The translations under genes and the position numbers were made by a program. Below are positions 17,005-20,000 of a stretch of DNA of 20,000 bases, piece by piece. Origin of the DNA: an uncultured virus (IMG/VR IMGVR_UViG_3300025120_000039). Its lineage: Duplodnaviria > Heunggongvirae > Uroviricota > Caudoviricetes. Location: the IMG/VR virus record IMGVR_UViG_3300025120_000039. One strand, 5' to 3'. The number at the start of each line of letters is the position of its first letter. Positions within the stretch are counted from its first letter, which is position 1. Below the pieces are notes generated by a model, which was not told where the DNA came from, made no database searches, and saw only the letters and a program-made list of their open reading frames with translations.

Positions 17005-17169
17005 TTAAATAGATTTTGCTTCTATTTTTATTAAACTATAAAACTTAGTTTTTATATTTAAAAGCATAATTAATACTTCATCCATATTATATGCATCATA
17101 TACTTTTTGTATATCATCATCTTCATATGTTATTTTATATTTTTTTTGTGGTGTGTTGTACTTTTTCAT
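17005..17169 (-). CDS. small hypothetical protein
   Basis: Likely start ATG 17169 after the A-rich leader AAACAAAAAATG; alternative start 17205. Confidence 0.6.
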   Translation of the reverse strand: MKKYNTPQKKYKITYEDDDIQKVYDAYNMDEVLIMLLNIKTKFYSLIKIEAKSI

Positions 17170-17238
17170 TTTTTGTTTATTTATTAAATTGTATCTGTTT
17201 ATCATTTTTTTAAGTTTACTATTATATAAAAATTATAT

Positions 17239-17358
17239 AAAAAAGAGAGATGTATTACCGAGTCAAAATATTACTCAAAAATATAAAACCCCGGACTTAT
17301 ACCTCACGGAATATTTAACAATTTATCAAGTTGCTAATTATATAAGTCATCTCTCTTT
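17239..17358 (-). ncRNA. structured intergenic RNA element / long-loop terminator
   Basis: 11-bp perfect inverted repeat aaagagagatg (17242-52)/catctctcttt (17348-58) closing inner stems (GACTTATA/TATAAGTC; CC-GTGA-GG; GAGT/ACTC), followed by a U-tract on minus. Confidence 0.55.
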
Positions 17359-17363
17359 ATATA

Positions 17364-17639
17364 TTAATTTATTTCGCTTCTATCACAAATAAGTGCATTA
17401 CCAACTATATAGTCGTGTTCATTTGTAAGTTTTCTAAAATGATATGTAGCGACATCATTAATTGACTTGTTATTTAGCTTTCCTTCTTCATCTATTATCA
17501 TAATATATTTATCTAGGTAAACAAATTCTACCATAGAACAATCAATAATTTTATATAATTCTTGTAATGTAAATGTTTTACCGTTTTCAGGTTTAACATC
17601 AATAGGTTCAGTAACATTAATTTTAAATAATTTTGCCAT
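17364..17639 (-). CDS. DUF3846-like protein
   Basis: FTLQELYKII..MVEFV..MIIDEEGKL..INDVAT..DYIVGNALIC. Confidence 0.8.
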   Translation of the reverse strand: MAKLFKINVTEPIDVKPENGKTFTLQELYKIIDCSMVEFVYLDKYIMIIDEEGKLNNKSINDVATYHFRKLTNEHDYIVGNALICDRSEIN

Positions 17640-17685
17640 TTATAAAGTTTTTATGTGTGAAGTTGATTTTGATTTCATATATACA

Positions 17686-17717
17686 CAAATATATAATTAT
17701 TTTTAAAAACATAGCAA
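17686..17717 (-). promoter_or_regulatory. Bacteroidota-type promoter (-33 TTG / -7 TATATTTG)
   Basis: TATATTTG at 17693-17686 and TTG at 17717-17715, 21-nt spacer. Confidence 0.65.
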
Positions 17718-17792
17718 TATATTTTAGGAAATGTGAATGCCCTAGTGATTTGAGCAAAAAAAAATATATAAAAAAGTAAATTTTATAAATGT

Positions 17793-17822
17793 AAAAGGGC
17801 TCAGTATTAACCGAGCCCTTTT
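17793..17822. terminator. rho-independent terminator, potentially bidirectional
   Basis: aaaagggctc-agtattaacc-gagccctttt, perfect 10-bp inverted repeat. Confidence 0.8.
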
Positions 17823-17877
17823 AGGGAAATCAAAATCCACATTAATTAATAGCGGACAAGGGATTGTCCTTGTGGAG
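17793..17877 (-). ncRNA. candidate ~85-nt small RNA
   Basis: TATATTTG at 17888-17881 upstream; nested stems TCCACA/TGTGGA and GGACAA/TTGTCC; ends at the terminator hairpin; no evident coding ORF. Confidence 0.6.
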
Positions 17878-17880
17878 ATT

Positions 17881-17888
17881 CAAATATA
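17881..17888 (-). promoter_or_regulatory. Bacteroidota-type -7 element TATATTTG driving the candidate sRNA
   Basis: Same octamer as at 11979 and 17686. Confidence 0.6.
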
Positions 17889-17955
17889 CATATTTTTATT
17901 TATATAAAGAATTATAAAATTTATATATGAGTAACAATAAAAATTATATAAAAAA

Positions 17956-18336
17956 TTATATATAAGGTTTATATGACTTATGTTCTTTTATATCAGAATT
18001 AGAATTATGATTTATTATATTTTTTATATTCATTCTTTCATCATTTGTTATATAAACACTTCGTGCTAATTCTATAAAAATATCATCGAATTCTTTATTC
18101 CTTTCTTTATCTCTAATATCATCTTCTATTTTCCATAGCTTATAATTTATTTTATATATATCATTATATAATTTTGCTAATTCTTTATTTAAAAATTTAT
18201 TATAAATAATAAGTAATAAATTATATTCTTTATTTATATCAATTAATTTTTTTTTATTTTTTATTTCTATTTTTTTTATAGAAAGTATTGATAGTTTGTC
18301 TATAACTTCTCCAAGTGATACGGGTATGTTTATCAT
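17956..18336 (-). CDS. DUF6165-like protein
   Basis: IPVSLGEVIDKLSILSIK...INYKLWKIEDDIRDKE...FIELARSVYITNDER..IK..IN...EHKSY. Confidence 0.85.
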   Translation of the reverse strand: MINIPVSLGEVIDKLSILSIKKIEIKNKKKLIDINKEYNLLLIIYNKFLNKELAKLYNDIYKINYKLWKIEDDIRDKERNKEFDDIFIELARSVYITNDERMNIKNIINHNSNSDIKEHKSYKPYI

Positions 18337-18536
18337 TTTATTATTTTTTTTATATAATCTTTTATATAATTACTAAAGTGTTTTAATAATTCATTCTCTC
18401 TTTTTAATGGTAATTTAAATATATAAAATAGAATTGTATATATAAAAACTACAAACATCAAACCAAACGGAATAAAAAATGCTATTATATAAATAGCTAT
18501 TAAAATTTTATCTTTTTTATTTAATTTGGATTTCAC
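18333..18536 (-). CDS. small membrane protein
   Basis: GTG start; hydrophobic hairpin with PFG; ATGA overlap with the downstream gene. Confidence 0.6.
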   Translation of the reverse strand: MKSKLNKKDKILIAIYIIAFFIPFGLMFVVFIYTILFYIFKLPLKRENELLKHFSNYIKDYIKKIIK

Positions 18537-18556
18537 TTATATATTTTTATTTATAT

Positions 18557-18632
18557 AAAAAATGGGGAGGTTTCAAAAAACTAAAAACATTTAATACTGA
18601 TTAATTTGGCAATATGCCATTCCTCCCCATTT
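18557..18632 (-). ncRNA. structured intergenic element / long-loop terminator
   Basis: 11-bp inverted repeat aaatggggagg (18560-70)/cctccccattt (18622-32), inner hairpin TGGCA-3nt-TGCCA, U-tract after the stem on minus. Confidence 0.55.
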
Positions 18633-18648
18633 ATATTTTATTTATATT

Positions 18649-19047
18649 TTATTTTAAATTGTTTATATAATTATATCTTTTTTTTTCATCTTCAATAGAA
18701 TCCTTTTTTGTATAAATATATAATTCTCCTTCATCAATAAACCAATCCAAAATTTCAGGGTCATTATTTAAAGAGTCTATATTTATTTCTTTATATAATT
18801 TTGGCATAACTCTTACACTATCTCCATTAAAAATTGTTGATTGACTATTTGCCGGTTTTTGTATAATTTGAAATTTGGGATTTGCTATAGATTCTTTAAC
18901 ACTATTATGTTTCTTTATAAATTTTTCTATATGTGTTAAATCGTTTGTATTAAATTTTACTAATGCATATATACTAATTGCAATACAAATAAAATATATT
19001 AGAGCAATTAAAAATATACTATATAGCTTTTCTATTTTCTTTTTCAT
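18649..19047 (-). CDS. membrane-anchored hypothetical protein
   Basis: N-terminal TM helix followed by a soluble domain. Confidence 0.7.
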   Translation of the reverse strand: MKKKIEKLYSIFLIALIYFICIAISIYALVKFNTNDLTHIEKFIKKHNSVKESIANPKFQIIQKPANSQSTIFNGDSVRVMPKLYKEINIDSLNNDPEILDWFIDEGELYIYTKKDSIEDEKKRYNYINNLK

Positions 19048-19169
19048 TTATATTTTTTGAATTGCTTTTTATATATATATCTTTTATTTTACTTTGTTTT
19101 TTTTCAAAATCAAATTCTCTAAAATAGTTTTCGTTTAAAAATTTTAAATATTTATTTTCTCTTTCCAAC

Positions 19170-20000
19170 TTATAGATTTTTTATTTTTCTTTCCAAATCT
19201 GCTATCTCATCATTTATATTATCCATTTCATTACGAAACTGTATATATGTAAGTTGTTTATCTTTTAATGCAATAGCAATACTACTTTGTATTTCTCTTA
19301 AAGCAGTTATTTGTTTTATATATTCTCCTTTTTCATCATAGCTTAATAAATCTCCTATTGGACCCGGAAGAGAAGGAGTGGTCTGTGATGGTGTTTGTGG
19401 AATTGGTGCTACAGGAGTTTGTTTTATTCCACTTCCTGAGCCAATGGCTCTTAACACAAATATATATATACCTTTTGATGGGTCACTATTTGCTTGGTCA
19501 TATTCAAACTCATAATATGTTGACTTTGCTTTTACCGCCTGTCTGAATGAAATATTGTTATATAGCTTTTTATATTTTCCTATAATTTGAGAATAAGGAA
19601 AACTCATATTTGGTATTGATGGAGTGACAATTCCTAAATCTAATTGTATTGTATCATTTAATCTAAAATATGCCTGACTAAACCCTGCGGTCATTTCATC
19701 TTCAAATTGATACCAAGGTATTCCTAAAGTCAATGAAGGAGGAAATTGTCTTGTTCCTGCATTCTGTATCACTATTCTATTGAATTGGGGAATTAATACT
19801 GAAAGTGGGTAATTTGAGTAATTATCTCTTACTCTTCTATATTCTTTATATAAATCTTTTCTCTTTAAAGGAGTTCCTGCTTTCTTATAATAATCACTTA
19901 TAGCCTTAACAATACTTTGATAGCGGTTTTTATCGCCCTGAGTTTTCAGTTTAAGGGTCTTTCTACGACCTTTCTGTAATTTCCCTTTACTATCTCTAGT
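19170..20000 (-). CDS. hypothetical protein, 5'-truncated by window edge; Pro-rich linker and C-terminal coiled coil
   Basis: Frame is open from 20000 (TRDSKGKLQKGRRK...) through the GTG at 19772 to the stop at 19170. Confidence 0.8.
   Translation of the reverse strand, partial: TRDSKGKLQKGRRKTLKLKTQGDKNRYQSIVKAISDYYKKAGTPLKRKDLYKEYRRVRDNYSNYPLSVLIPQFNRIVIQNAGTRQFPPSLTLGIPWYQFEDEMTAGFSQAYFRLNDTIQLDLGIVTPSIPNMSFPYSQIIGKYKKLYNNISFRQAVKAKSTYYEFEYDQANSDPSKGIYIFVLRAIGSGSGIKQTPVAPIPQTPSQTTPSLPGPIGDLLSYDEKGEYIKQITALREIQSSIAIALKDKQLTYIQFRNEMDNINDEIADLERKIKNL

Noticed and set aside
17239..18632. tRNA genes or CRISPR array in the structured intergenic regions
   Set aside because: No T-loop GTTC/cloverleaf pattern and no regularly spaced identical repeats with spacers
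15567..19546. Plus-strand ORFs 15567..15818, 17153..17392, 18875..19060, 19358..19546
   Set aside because: Antisense shadows of real genes or of the structured element; no recognisable features
19770..19772. GTG start for the last ORF
   Set aside because: The frame stays open to the window edge, so the real start is outside the window
1..20000. Stop-codon reassignment as seen in some Bacteroidota phages
   Set aside because: Standard code 11 gives dense, full-length genes; TGA serves as stop in ATGA overlaps; no fragmented conserved genes

Overview
AT-rich, densely packed and almost entirely minus-strand DNA that reads as part of a large dsDNA bacteriophage genome. The host is probably Bacteroidota: TAnnTTTG promoter motifs and A-rich, Shine-Dalgarno-poor leaders support this. 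There are four blocks. (1) 7510->1: an operon with a GG-motif/GNAT-like protein, a MoxR-type AAA+ ATPase with a large insertion, a DUF2201-type HEXXH metallopeptidase, a small Cys-rich protein, a stand-alone vWA (MIDAS) protein, a degenerate DNA amino-methyltransferase-like protein and small hypotheticals. (2) 11956->7821: a Cro-like HTH, a putative replication initiator with internal repeats, a loader-like protein, an SSB-like protein and a glycosyltransferase. (3) 16985->12011: a stand-alone PolB-like palm protein, a TagD-like cytidylyltransferase, a 4-TM membrane protein, a DPYG methyltransferase, RmlD and RmlB. (4) 17000-19170: a very AT-rich zone of small genes (DUF3846, DUF6165, membrane proteins) separated by three structured non-coding elements. 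One of these looks like a promoter-to-terminator sRNA complementary to the 5' end of the neighbouring transcript. All family calls come from motif recognition by eye; no searches were run.
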